This document shows positions 47,049 through 56,759 of a DNA stretch of 64,000 nucleotides, piece by piece. The stretch covers positions 124,001-188,000 of IMG/VR virus record IMGVR_UViG_3300048927_000250. One strand, written 5' to 3'. The notes below the pieces were generated by a model. That model was not told where the DNA came from, searched no databases, and saw nothing but the letters and a program-made list of their open reading frames with translations. Each line of letters begins with the position of its first letter. Positions within the stretch are counted from its first letter, which is position 1. A program made the translations under genes and the position numbers.

Positions 47049-49019
47049 TTAGCGACCGAAGCCGTAACCACCACGAGAGTTGAAGGTGTTACCGTTGTAG
47101 TTACCGGAACCGCCGAAACGGTTGTCGAAGTAACCACGACGAACGCTGTCTTGCAGCAGACCTTCAGTCGGGATGGTCAGGCCAGCTTTATCCACCGCCT
47201 GAGTCAGTTTGTACAGCCAGTCAGGGTTAATCTGAACCAGGTACGCATGACCAGTGATGGTGTAGCTGCCGGTAACGGAAGCGATGATTTCTTCCATTTT
47301 CGCCAGACGTGCTTCTTCGCTGATGTTGCGGTTCCAGCACGCGTCATCCCACATGGCAATCGCTTCGAGGTCGCGGTTCTTCGCCAGACCGAAGTGGGTC
47401 ATCATGAAGAAACGGTCCAGTTCACGCAGGTCACGGATACGACCTTTAGAATCGGTCCAGTGGCCCAGCAGGATGATGCGCTCTTCCAGAGCACCGAACG
47501 GAGTAGCTTCATCGAGGTAATCTTCGATGACGCCGCCGGTCAGACGGTGTGCCGCTTCCCACAGCTGGATACGAGCCTGACGGTGGTTCGGGTGCTTATC
47601 GTCAGCCGCTTCCAGGTACAGACGCTGGGTACGCGTTTGCAGGCCGGATTTTTCGATGTGCAGGAAGACGTTCAGAGAATCTTCCTGAACGACCGCTTCG
47701 TTCAGCTCAGCCCACTCAACTTCTGATGGGTCAGCTGGAATCGGCGGGTCAAACTCGACCAGCTGCTCAACTTCCAGAGCACGTGCATCACGCAGGTCAG
47801 CAGAATCGCCAACCGGGCGCAGAGATTTCACCAGGCAGTCTTCACGCATCAGAGCCGATACGGTGGACAGACCCAGCAGGTTCATCTCGGTAGTGAAGTT
47901 GTTGTTGGACGCAATCTTGGTCAGGTTCAGACCCAGTGCGTAGATGTCCAGCTCATCAACTTCACGACGACGTGCACGGCTACCGCCACGACGACGACCG
48001 CCATCTTTTGGACCCAGGTAGATGTAGTCGGTGAAACCGTCAATCTGCACCAGGTTAGAGTTACGGTTACCTTCCAGGGCGTTTACCTGACCTTTGCGGC
48101 CCGCAGGACCGGTAGTGACTTGCAGAGACAGGTCACGACGCAGTGGTTCGCCAAAGACGGTAGAGTCATCACCCGGTGCGTAAGTTACGCGACCGCTGAC
48201 TTCGTAGTTCTCTGGAATGATATCTTCCAGCTTGAACTGGTGGTCACCCTGAGTCAGCTCATCGTACATGCTGTACGCTGCGGTGTTAATCAGGTTGGTG
48301 ATAACTTCATCCACTTCACGCTCGGAGTAACCGAAGGTGACCGGAACGGTTACCGCACCGAAGAGGACAACCGGTACATCAGCACCCAGGCCAACGTTTT
48401 TCTGCACCTGATTGATGACGGAACCTTTGAAGCCTTCGGTCCACACATCGCTCGGTACCGCAGAGAACACGTAACGGCGCTGACCTTCAGTCACTTCCTG
48501 CTTAGGCAGCTGCTGGCGACCCATCATGACCGCAGTGATTGCGCCGACGAATTTCACGTCGCCGTAGGTAAAGGCCGCAGCCAGGACAACTGAGTCCAGC
48601 TGGAAACCAGTCAGATGACCCGGAACCGGAATCAGCTGCCACTTAGTTTTGCCACCCATGCTCAGACGGTTTTTGTTCGCTTCGAGGAACTTGTTACCCG
48701 CGTCGATGAATTTACCCATCTCGTCGCCGCCAGCGGCAGACTGAATCAGCGGTTGACCAGGATTGAACATGTTCAGGATATCGTTCATTGCAGTTTTCCC
48801 TTTATAGGCTTCTGTATTAGTTTCGGTTTGTGGTACATGACGAGCTGCGACAACTTCTTCTTCGTGAGGAGCTGACGCTTGGGTATTCGGTTGCTGCTGC
48901 GAGTGCTTTTTGGCACTCTGGTGTTGGCGATACTGAGCTAACGGGTTAGGCGGGTTTTGGCGTTTGCCTTCACCTTCATCCTTATTACCGTGTTCACTAT
49001 CACCAGAATTCCAACCCAT
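47049..49019 (-). CDS. chmA: Chimallin, major phage-nucleus shell protein (phiKZ gp54-like)
   Basis: 656 aa directly upstream of the nvRNAP beta' N subunit; GEPLRRD, IDGFTDYIY and LGHWTDSKGRIRDLRELD segments; disordered termini; strong SD and highly biased codons. Confidence 0.85.
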   Translation of the reverse strand: MGWNSGDSEHGNKDEGEGKRQNPPNPLAQYRQHQSAKKHSQQQPNTQASAPHEEEVVAARHVPQTETNTEAYKGKTAMNDILNMFNPGQPLIQSAAGGDEMGKFIDAGNKFLEANKNRLSMGGKTKWQLIPVPGHLTGFQLDSVVLAAAFTYGDVKFVGAITAVMMGRQQLPKQEVTEGQRRYVFSAVPSDVWTEGFKGSVINQVQKNVGLGADVPVVLFGAVTVPVTFGYSEREVDEVITNLINTAAYSMYDELTQGDHQFKLEDIIPENYEVSGRVTYAPGDDSTVFGEPLRRDLSLQVTTGPAGRKGQVNALEGNRNSNLVQIDGFTDYIYLGPKDGGRRRGGSRARRREVDELDIYALGLNLTKIASNNNFTTEMNLLGLSTVSALMREDCLVKSLRPVGDSADLRDARALEVEQLVEFDPPIPADPSEVEWAELNEAVVQEDSLNVFLHIEKSGLQTRTQRLYLEAADDKHPNHRQARIQLWEAAHRLTGGVIEDYLDEATPFGALEERIILLGHWTDSKGRIRDLRELDRFFMMTHFGLAKNRDLEAIAMWDDACWNRNISEEARLAKMEEIIASVTGSYTITGHAYLVQINPDWLYKLTQAVDKAGLTIPTEGLLQDSVRRGYFDNRFGGSGNYNGNTFNSRGGYGFGR

Positions 49020-49138
49020 TTCATTTCTCCTTAAACGTACTGTGACGTTACGGTCCTTAGAGAACCTTCTATGAATTTAGCTTTTCCGGAAAGACTAAAC
49101 GTTCGAATCAATTCCTATAAAGGACTCAATTCACTACA

Positions 49139-49156
49139 GTAATGTATGCCTGAAAA
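49139..49156 (-). promoter_or_regulatory. Early-type promoter of chmA
   Basis: TTTTCAGGCATACATTAC, one mismatch to TATATTAC. Confidence 0.6.
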
Positions 49157-49270
49157 AAGTTTCAAAAGGCACTTACTCCCGTTAATCCAGCATTGCCATT
49201 CTGGATGGCAATACTTTCTACATAAGATATATACAGTAACGTAAAAAATGATTACTGTACTGGGGGCGTC

Positions 49271-50344
49271 ATGTTTGAACTCTTTAGTCAGAAAACTCAC
49301 GGCAATTCATCACTCCACGTTTCACCCCGACACGAGTACGTTTCCTCACGCTTTGATGAAGCTTACGTTAGGTTGGCGCACTACTTCCGGAAATCGGTAA
49401 GAACGGTGGAGTCGGACAATCTGCTGTGTCAGGTCATCCACCATGCAAACGTCGTGTACACGGGTAATGATGAGCAGTACTACTACGCTGTTGCCAGTCG
49501 CGTGGAAAAGATTGCCACTGCCTTACGACTGAACACAGCTGTTCACAAAAGTGGACCGCTAGTAAAAAATCACTTCTACGGTTCGGACGTGACCGAGTAC
49601 GTTCTGGCGGTGACCCGTGGTTACCCAACGGGATTGGATGCCGGGAAGTACTGGCAGTCGTTCCAACCGTTACAGGCGGTTTCCCACCCGTACAGTGACC
49701 TCAACATGAACCCCCGTAACGGCAGCGAAACTGTTGGCGTTAAAGGTGTTGCGGTCCTGACACTTGATGTACCGTTGTTGATGCTTCAATACACCCGCTG
49801 GCGTTTGTACTGCGAGAAGTATCTGGACCAACAACCGGACATCGCCCAGTTCGTGTTCCAGTATCCGGTGGTAAACCTGATACCGTCTGACACGGACGTT
49901 TGCTACTTTAACCAGTTACGTAACGCCGCACAAGGCCGTCCCAATGTACCGCAGAAACGGCGCTATGGGTTAGGCCTGAACGACGTCACCAACTTCGTGG
50001 AGAAAGAGCAAGCCGAGTTTCTGAAAGAAGCCATCAGTAGCAATGCTTCCATCATGGACCTGGCCTTGGGTACACCGATGGTGTTCAGTGAAACCCTGTG
50101 GGACTTCTTGCAGTTACCCCCGGGCGTGTACACGAACAAGAACTCCGGGCTCTGGTTACTCGGGTACCTGCCGTATCTGGCGTATCTGGTACAACTCAGT
50201 AAGAAAGCGGGCAGCAACGATAACACCGCGGCAGCCGCGTATCTCAAGAAGAAGTACCGTTACTTCAAGAACGCCGGGTTCCTCAGTTCCTATCCGGGCA
50301 TCGAGAAAGAAATAGATGAAGAAGTGATTAACTATCTAACATGA
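49271..50344 (+). CDS. Conserved core protein (phiKZ gp52-like)
   Basis: 357 aa, divergent from chmA and convergent with the DNA polymerase gene; synteny. Confidence 0.65.
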   Translation: MFELFSQKTHGNSSLHVSPRHEYVSSRFDEAYVRLAHYFRKSVRTVESDNLLCQVIHHANVVYTGNDEQYYYAVASRVEKIATALRLNTAVHKSGPLVKNHFYGSDVTEYVLAVTRGYPTGLDAGKYWQSFQPLQAVSHPYSDLNMNPRNGSETVGVKGVAVLTLDVPLLMLQYTRWRLYCEKYLDQQPDIAQFVFQYPVVNLIPSDTDVCYFNQLRNAAQGRPNVPQKRRYGLGLNDVTNFVEKEQAEFLKEAISSNASIMDLALGTPMVFSETLWDFLQLPPGVYTNKNSGLWLLGYLPYLAYLVQLSKKAGSNDNTAAAAYLKKKYRYFKNAGFLSSYPGIEKEIDEEVINYLT

Positions 50345-52478
50345 ACGCCTCATCACGGGTGACCATGTCCATCACTAACTTCGACTGTTTCTCGTCAAAG
50401 CAATAGAACTCCAGGGATTCCAGCACGAGGTAGAACGGGCTCATGGCTTTCGCCACGATTTTACGCACGTCAATCACGGGCAGGACTTCCTTGGGGATTC
50501 CCACGGACAGGATAATGGCTTCAGGAAGAAGCATCTCTCCCACGTACGACTTCCCACGACTGGCTAACCACGCCGTCATCTCATCAGCCGCACTGCGGTT
50601 CGACCAGGTCGCTATCCACTGTTCGGTCTTACGTTTGGTATCCGGTGTGATACTGAACGACAAGGCGGAATACGGAGGCGGTTCACAGGCACCGTAGTTC
50701 GGTGCGAATACCCGTTGCCACATTTCGTAGTTAATGAAGCGAGAGTTCTCGGTTGAGTACCCTTCCTCTTCGTTCACTCGCGCGGTCTTCAGGTAGTCTG
50801 TTTCCCCACTCATCACACTTTCCATTACCGTATATTCCCAACGCGCCACCATCCGGAGTATCTTGTGGATGGACACCGGCTCGTCATTCGTGACCGAGTC
50901 GATGATGTAGTGCAGTACGCCGTCCAGGTCTTTACGGATAACCGGCGGTAAGTTCGAGGCAATCAGTTCTACGCCTTTACGTTCAAAGTCGTATTCCTTG
51001 AAGATAACCCCTTCCTGCACGGCCATGTTCGCAAAGTAGTGTTTCGCACGCGAGGTCAGGACAAACACCGGGAACAGGTATTCGTTCTTCATCGACAAGC
51101 GGAACAACTCTTTCGGGTCAGTCACCCCGATGTTCGAAACCATGGTTGCCAGGTTATGGGTCGTGGTCTGCGAAATCAGGAAGCCGAAGGTTTCCGCCAC
51201 GATGATGTTAGCGTGGTTGATGGTATCGTTACCCGAGTACCAGCGTACCCAATCCTGCACCGTGAAGATGGCGGAGTCAGTATCAGACCCGACGGTCACT
51301 TTACGGATACTGGACGGGAAGTCAGCAATCAGGAACGGGATATTGCGCGTGGTGTGGAACGCATCAATAATCCGGCGGTGGTCATGCAGGCACTGCGTAA
51401 TCTCGTAGCAGGAGCTACCGATTAACCCAAAGTTCGGGTCGTTACGCAATTCCGGGTTGTCCAGTTCTTCACGTCCCAGGATATCCGGATAGATAACCTT
51501 CACCTGGTTAATGATGTCACCGTCTACTTTCTTCAACCAGTCTTCGTGGTCCGGTACAATGCGCGAGGCACGACAAGACAACCGGTCAATCCAGGTACGC
51601 ACCAGTTCTTCGTTATACAGACGCAGGTGGTAGAAGTCCCCCATGTACATGACGGCGGCACGTTCTTCCGGTTCCATATTGCGCACAAAACGCTCAATGT
51701 TGACCAGACCCACTCGGCCACTCCAGTACGGTTCGATAGACCGCTCCACCATTTGCATGACTTCGTCAGGCGAGGGCATATGGAGACGGTGATGCTCGCA
51801 CGCGTCACGGACCATGGTAAAGTCGGTGAGGTCGAGTATCGAGGCAAAGTTATTTATCACCACCTCCGGGGAGTAGTAGTGTCGGTTACCTGCCAGGAAC
51901 CGTTCGTTATGACTGTTCGCCACGCCGTTCGCAATACGGCAACTGGAGGTCAGTATCGGGTGAGTCGGACGGTCAACCAGATGCGAGTGTTCTGAACGGT
52001 GGTTACCGGAGATGGCGTTGTTCAGAATCTTTTTGTTGTTCTGGTTGTTCTTGTGCAAAGTCGCTTTGAACGCGTCACCGCGGTTCTTGGCAATCATCTG
52101 CTTATGTTTTTCTTCGTTACGGTCAGCCAAGTTACCCTTGATGTATTTGGATAACTTCGATTCACGAATCCACGGCGGGAGAACGACCGATAACGTTGGG
52201 GCAATGTAATAGCGGTTCTTGATAACGTAGTCGAGGTACTGGGTGAACGGATACGCTTTCTTCGAGCGGTCCCCCTCCTCGTCTCGTTCCAGGACGCAGA
52301 CCAGCGGGTCCTTCATCTGACTTTGCAGTTCCTGAATCACGAACACGCGACATTCGTCCATTTCTACCCCGGTCGACTTCGACAGGTAGATGGCGGTTTG
52401 TTCCACGTACGCCCGACGAATATCCAAATCGCGGCTATATTGCTCAGCCGTGCGGTTAAACGGGTTGGTTGGTTCCAT
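50328..52478 (-). CDS. Split family-B DNA polymerase, motif B/C subunit (phiKZ gp50-like)
   Basis: Motif B QNNKKILNNAISG, motif C GSDTDS, AKHY and KGVE; start moved to ATG 52478 (MEPTNPF) downstream of a terminator. Confidence 0.85.
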   Translation of the reverse strand: MEPTNPFNRTAEQYSRDLDIRRAYVEQTAIYLSKSTGVEMDECRVFVIQELQSQMKDPLVCVLERDEEGDRSKKAYPFTQYLDYVIKNRYYIAPTLSVVLPPWIRESKLSKYIKGNLADRNEEKHKQMIAKNRGDAFKATLHKNNQNNKKILNNAISGNHRSEHSHLVDRPTHPILTSSCRIANGVANSHNERFLAGNRHYYSPEVVINNFASILDLTDFTMVRDACEHHRLHMPSPDEVMQMVERSIEPYWSGRVGLVNIERFVRNMEPEERAAVMYMGDFYHLRLYNEELVRTWIDRLSCRASRIVPDHEDWLKKVDGDIINQVKVIYPDILGREELDNPELRNDPNFGLIGSSCYEITQCLHDHRRIIDAFHTTRNIPFLIADFPSSIRKVTVGSDTDSAIFTVQDWVRWYSGNDTINHANIIVAETFGFLISQTTTHNLATMVSNIGVTDPKELFRLSMKNEYLFPVFVLTSRAKHYFANMAVQEGVIFKEYDFERKGVELIASNLPPVIRKDLDGVLHYIIDSVTNDEPVSIHKILRMVARWEYTVMESVMSGETDYLKTARVNEEEGYSTENSRFINYEMWQRVFAPNYGACEPPPYSALSFSITPDTKRKTEQWIATWSNRSAADEMTAWLASRGKSYVGEMLLPEAIILSVGIPKEVLPVIDVRKIVAKAMSPFYLVLESLEFYCFDEKQSKLVMDMVTRDEAFMLDS

Positions 52479-52527
52479 TGTACAGGTCCTGTAGTCCGAT
52501 ACTTTTGTTCTACACCATGACAGGAGA

Positions 52528-52560
52528 AAATAAAAAATAAATGGGGGACCGAAGTCCCCC
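52528..52560 (-). terminator. Intrinsic terminator
   Basis: GGGGAC-TTCG-GTCCCC with a U-rich tail on the - strand. Confidence 0.8.
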
Positions 52561-52566
52561 GCTTTA

Positions 52567-52989
52567 TTACTCGAAGTTGATGGTAAAGTCGCTGATGTCC
52601 ACTGACGAAATTGCCAGACGAAGTTCAGACAACTTCGCATCACTCAAGTTAGGGAAGTAACCCACGGCATTGCGGGTAGATTCGACCGTGATACTGTCGG
52701 CACGAATCCACGGAATCCCCACCACTAACTTCGTAGTCGGGTCACCTGCCGGGGTAACTACCAGGTACTGGTAACTGGCGTAGTCCAATGGGATTTGTCC
52801 ACGGGGGACGTTCTCATCAGCAATCACCTGACCATGTACTGCGGCGGCATCGAAGTTGAAGTACTTCGTGGTATCCGCAGACACTTGGTCGGTTACCTTA
52901 ACACGATTGAAGGGTCCACCTGCCAATGTGGAGTAACACTGGAAGGAGATGGTATCCCCAATTTTGAACTTGTCGAGAATCAGGCTCAC
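52567..52989 (-). CDS. Conserved small protein (phiKZ gp49-like)
   Basis: GTG start overlapping the upstream TGA (GTGA), SD AGGGG; VGIPWI segment. Confidence 0.6.
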   Translation of the reverse strand: MSLILDKFKIGDTISFQCYSTLAGGPFNRVKVTDQVSADTTKYFNFDAAAVHGQVIADENVPRGQIPLDYASYQYLVVTPAGDPTTKLVVGIPWIRADSITVESTRNAVGYFPNLSDAKLSELRLAISSVDISDFTINFE

Positions 52990-53369
52990 TGCAACACCCC
53001 TTTGAATCGGTAGACTATACACAGAGAAGGGCCGGTAATCGGTTCAACCTTGTAACTATAGTTCTCGCCAATCGGAAGTTTGTAATGTTCGCTGATACCG
53101 TTGACAATGCGTTTCAACACAGACACCCACACGTCGTCGTAGTTACTCCAGGCGTCATGCGGTGAACTGCCCTCCAAAAGCACGCGCATCTGCGTGGTCA
53201 CCCAACTTACGGCCATTTGGGCAGCCAACATCGGCGGCATGTCAGGGTCGTCTTTCAGGTATTCCCGGCCGACACCGTCGACCAGGTACGGAAACAGGTT
53301 ACAATCACAGAGGACCGCGTTAGGGGTTTCCGTGATGTTGATTTCCGGTACTTTTCTTTTTTTGCTCAT
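52986..53369 (-). CDS. Hypothetical protein, small-gene array member 9
   Basis: 127 aa; ATGA coupling; SD GAGGT. Confidence 0.65.
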   Translation of the reverse strand: MSKKRKVPEINITETPNAVLCDCNLFPYLVDGVGREYLKDDPDMPPMLAAQMAVSWVTTQMRVLLEGSSPHDAWSNYDDVWVSVLKRIVNGISEHYKLPIGENYSYKVEPITGPSLCIVYRFKGVLQ

Positions 53370-53740
53370 CTGCGAACGTACCTCACCACGATGGTTTGGG
53401 CTTTGAACAGAAACTTCCAGTCTGTCACCACCAGGACGTTTCGAGCGTCATCGGCTGCCACTTCATCCCACTGCTTCCGGAACATGTCAATGATACGGAC
53501 TTGCGCGTCGTAAAGGACCGTACGATACCACTCTTGTTCGCCCCGGTCGCTACTGCACCAGGTACAAGCTGTTTCCCACTCACCGCCCTGATTAGTCAGG
53601 GCTTGACGGAGCGCCCCTCCTAACCAGAGGTCGTAGTTGATGTGACAGCCCATGGGGGCCATCTCTACGACGTCATCGAGGAGCTCAAAGGCGCGCATAC
53701 ATTCAAATATTTGAACGCCGCTGCTACTTGGCTCTTTCAT
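53366..53740 (-). CDS. Hypothetical protein, array member 8
   Basis: Start ATG 53740 (MKEP), SD GAGGT. Confidence 0.65.
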   Translation of the reverse strand: MKEPSSSGVQIFECMRAFELLDDVVEMAPMGCHINYDLWLGGALRQALTNQGGEWETACTWCSSDRGEQEWYRTVLYDAQVRIIDMFRKQWDEVAADDARNVLVVTDWKFLFKAQTIVVRYVRR

Positions 53741-53747
53741 AAATACC

Positions 53748-54176
53748 TCAGCGCTCGACAGCAATACTCACGGCAATCCCTACCCCCAGTAACTCCGCCC
53801 CCTGTACTTCATAATCCATACGGCGGAAGTTGAAGTTAAAGTGGTCAAGGCTACCCAAGAGACCGGGCTCGATTACTGCACACAAATCACATATGGAATT
53901 AGCGCGTTCTTCCGAAAGGTCTTGCAGGTGGTCCATCAAGAAGATTTTCTCGTCACGGTACACATGACGAAGAACTTCCTCGACGGCATCTTGCAGGTCT
54001 TCGAACCAACCGCTGTCCGGTGCTTTCTCGTACGCCATGACAGCTTCGGTTGCCATCTTGATGGCTTCTGAAACAGTGAACTCATCCAGGTACCGGCGGA
54101 CGAACTCACGTATCTCACTGCGCGACAGATTAGTGTCAAAGGAGAACACTTCAACACGATGTAAAAATGAACTCAT
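53748..54176 (-). CDS. Hypothetical protein, array member 7
   Basis: 142 aa; SD GGAGA. Confidence 0.65.
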   Translation of the reverse strand: MSSFLHRVEVFSFDTNLSRSEIREFVRRYLDEFTVSEAIKMATEAVMAYEKAPDSGWFEDLQDAVEEVLRHVYRDEKIFLMDHLQDLSEERANSICDLCAVIEPGLLGSLDHFNFNFRRMDYEVQGAELLGVGIAVSIAVER

Positions 54177-54186
54177 ATACTCTCCG

Positions 54187-54561
54187 TTAAAACGGTTTGT
54201 CGCTTTCGTCCCACTCGAACGCCTTGACTCGAATACCCGTGCTTGTATAAGAAACGTCTACAATGGTTGCATCGGGATAATGACGTCGGATGACCGCTGT
54301 CTTGTACGACTCCCAGAGAGCCTGGGCGAATCGCTGGACATCGAGGAGTTCAACACTCCCCAAATCATCCAGACGATTACGTACAATTTGAATCTGGTAG
54401 GCGATTTCATCCAACCAGTCTCGATTAGGGTGACGATGAGCATAAAGGAATGAGGACCACGCTACCGTGTGCAAGACGCGGTAGTGTGGGGAACGTAGTA
54501 GTCGCTGATGGGTTCTATCAACCCGATACGACGATGGTAGGACTATCCGAATGGTTCTCAT
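54187..54561 (-). CDS. Hypothetical protein, array member 6
   Basis: 124 aa; ATGA coupling. Confidence 0.6.
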   Translation of the reverse strand: MRTIRIVLPSSYRVDRTHQRLLRSPHYRVLHTVAWSSFLYAHRHPNRDWLDEIAYQIQIVRNRLDDLGSVELLDVQRFAQALWESYKTAVIRRHYPDATIVDVSYTSTGIRVKAFEWDESDKPF

Positions 54562-54974
54562 CGTGGTTCAAACCTCACGACCAGAATCCCTCGGGCGAAG
54601 TCAGGGGCGACCCTGACCTCCTTGATGTCTTGTACTCGGTCCGCGTAATTGTGGGTTTTGTTCCGCAACCATTTGGCCACCTGGTGTATCTCGCGATACA
54701 CCTTCCCACGAATCTGCTCCACTTCGGATTCGGTCAGGTTATGACTGTCAATCCTCAGTTGGTCACAAATGGCTTCTTCCACGTAGTCGGCCAATTCGTA
54801 ATACAGACTCATGCGCATATGGAGCCGGTCCTCGCTTTTCGCAGTGATGAAAGAAGCGAGAACAGCGGCTTTGCAGAACGTCCGGGAGCCGATAAACGAT
54901 TTCATCGCGTACTCCCCGATATCACGGTTACGTATGGCGATGTCAATGAGTTCTATTTCTTGACGTCTAGACAT
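54558..54974 (-). CDS. Hypothetical protein, array member 5
   Basis: 138 aa; SD AGGGG. Confidence 0.65.
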   Translation of the reverse strand: MSRRQEIELIDIAIRNRDIGEYAMKSFIGSRTFCKAAVLASFITAKSEDRLHMRMSLYYELADYVEEAICDQLRIDSHNLTESEVEQIRGKVYREIHQVAKWLRNKTHNYADRVQDIKEVRVAPDFARGILVVRFEPR

Positions 54975-54985
54975 ATAACCCCTGC

Positions 54986-55357
54986 TTATTTCACACGTAA
55001 GACAATCGTATCCTTACGCCGGTTCAAGAATTCCCAACGGCTGACCAGGTGGAAACGCACTTTCCCCGTGTGTCGGTAGATAACCCCTTTTGTAAATGCC
55101 TTCGCTTCCGAAAGCATCTCTTCGGCGTCAACGCGACTCACGTCAAACATCATCAGGTCAGTCACGAAATCCATCTCCCGTTCCGTGAGACCGTACTTAT
55201 CCGAAGACAAGACCGTATCCAGGAACAGGGTGATGTGGGTTTCTAAGTTCAACTGCCCTAACAAGTCGGGAAAGCGTTCCTCTATTACACATTCGTATTT
55301 GCTGTACAACCGGTCAACGGGAATCAGAATCAATTCGTCGCGGCGGTTACGGCTCAT
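54986..55357 (-). CDS. Hypothetical protein, array member 4
   Basis: Start moved to ATG 55357 (MSRNRR), SD AAGGG. Confidence 0.65.
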   Translation of the reverse strand: MSRNRRDELILIPVDRLYSKYECVIEERFPDLLGQLNLETHITLFLDTVLSSDKYGLTEREMDFVTDLMMFDVSRVDAEEMLSEAKAFTKGVIYRHTGKVRFHLVSRWEFLNRRKDTIVLRVK

Positions 55358-55823
55358 AGGCGATACCCTTATTAATACAGTACTGCTGGGCCCGCCAATC
55401 TCCGAACATTTCCAGAATGAACACCTCACGGGAGTCATTGTAGAGTTCGTAGATTTGCCAGCGGCTGTGCAACGAGAATCGGGATGCATGGTCACGGATG
55501 CGGTCTTCAATCCGGTACATGATGTCCGACAACGTTATCGACTCCTGGTCTCGAACCGTCCCATCTCGGGTTACCCCTGGGTACGGGTAGTACCCGTCAA
55601 ACCACTTCTCTATCGCGGTGTCAACATCCCAGTTGTCAGCCTGGTATTTGACGTTGCGATGACACTCATTCCAGAGAATGTTCAGGAGGGTATCCCGGGT
55701 GTCGTCGTAAGTAAGTTTGTCGCTTTTGAATCGGCGGTCAAAGGCATCGTTTCGTTCGCGCTCATGTATAATCCAGGCATGGAGTAAATCCTGCCATTGG
55801 CTCAGGTCTATCTTAAAGCGCAT
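55347..55823 (-). CDS. Hypothetical protein, array member 3
   Basis: Start moved to ATG 55823 (MRFKID), SD GAGGAG. Confidence 0.65.
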   Translation of the reverse strand: MRFKIDLSQWQDLLHAWIIHERERNDAFDRRFKSDKLTYDDTRDTLLNILWNECHRNVKYQADNWDVDTAIEKWFDGYYPYPGVTRDGTVRDQESITLSDIMYRIEDRIRDHASRFSLHSRWQIYELYNDSREVFILEMFGDWRAQQYCINKGIAYEP

Positions 55824-55824
55824 T

Positions 55825-56280
55825 TTAGTACTCCTCACTGTCGGCGACGTAGAACCACTCGGCTGTCGGTTCCGGGTCTTCCAGGCAGTATGGGCTGATA
55901 ATGTTTAGAGGTATTAACAGTCGGTCAAATGAACGCCACAGTCGTTCGTAACCATGACGTTCAGCACCTCGGCCAGTAAAGCTGTTGGCAAAGGCCTGGA
56001 ACTCTTGCCACTGTCGTTCAGGTAAGTCGTTATCGTCACTTTCATGCGAGTCGATAAACAGCTCGTAGAAGTTGGTTTCCCACGCCATTATAAACTGCTC
56101 TTCCATTCGTTTGTCCCAACGAATTTCCAATGCGTTACGGCGGTAGAATCCTTGCATAGTTACCCAGGTTTCCAGCAAGGACTGATAGACCCATTGAAGG
56201 TCGAGGTTAATTGGAGTTCGGTCTAACGCATTCTGAAGGAAGCGTGGGACATCGAACCTATGTCCAGTAATCACGTACAT
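55825..56280 (-). CDS. Hypothetical protein, array member 2
   Basis: 151 aa; SD GGAGGT. Confidence 0.65.
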   Translation of the reverse strand: MYVITGHRFDVPRFLQNALDRTPINLDLQWVYQSLLETWVTMQGFYRRNALEIRWDKRMEEQFIMAWETNFYELFIDSHESDDNDLPERQWQEFQAFANSFTGRGAERHGYERLWRSFDRLLIPLNIISPYCLEDPEPTAEWFYVADSEEY

Positions 56281-56572
56281 CTACCTCCGTCATGCTCAAG
56301 AACCCACAGCTCAACTTCGGGTCCTTCACTGCGTGGACATACGACGGCAAATGCATGGCGCGTTTACCGTAAATGTTGCGCACTTTCTCGGCCACGAATA
56401 ACTCCCCGCCGCCGATGGCTCGATGGTCGAAGCCGTCCACAATCAGGTCGTTGTCCTTAACCAAGATGTACAGCAGGATATCCAGCAGGTTATAATTTTC
56501 CCCGTCAATGAGTTCGTAGCATACCTCTTCTATAAAACTGAGTCGCCCGTGACACTCAACGGTGAATCTCAT
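56258..56572 (-). CDS. Hypothetical protein, array member 1
   Basis: 104 aa; SD GAGG. Confidence 0.6.
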   Translation of the reverse strand: MRFTVECHGRLSFIEEVCYELIDGENYNLLDILLYILVKDNDLIVDGFDHRAIGGGELFVAEKVRNIYGKRAMHLPSYVHAVKDPKLSCGFLSMTEVDVRDYWT

Positions 56573-56714
56573 GTAACGCCTCTCGGTTCGCCATAATCAT
56601 CTCCACAACCCTCGCTGAGCGCTTTAAACTATCCGCCCTATACAAGGTTCCACATAACAGAGAAAACCGCGTAGAATTTAATACAGGCGGTTTCCTGAAT
56701 TTGTATTCATCTGG

Positions 56715-56731
56715 ATAATATATCCTTTAAA
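56715..56731 (-). promoter_or_regulatory. Early-type promoter for the small-gene array
   Basis: TTTAAAGGATATATTAT, a near match to TATATTAC with upstream TTTAA. Confidence 0.55.
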
Positions 56732-56759
56732 CTCTGTTAGTTAGGAAAGAAAATAAAAG

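Noticed and set aside
52479-52643. N-terminal extension of the DNA polymerase ORF in the track (similar extensions at 4377-4487, 9809-9940 and 55358-55510)
   Set aside because: The extensions cross terminators or overlap neighbouring genes; downstream ATGs fit the gene layout better.
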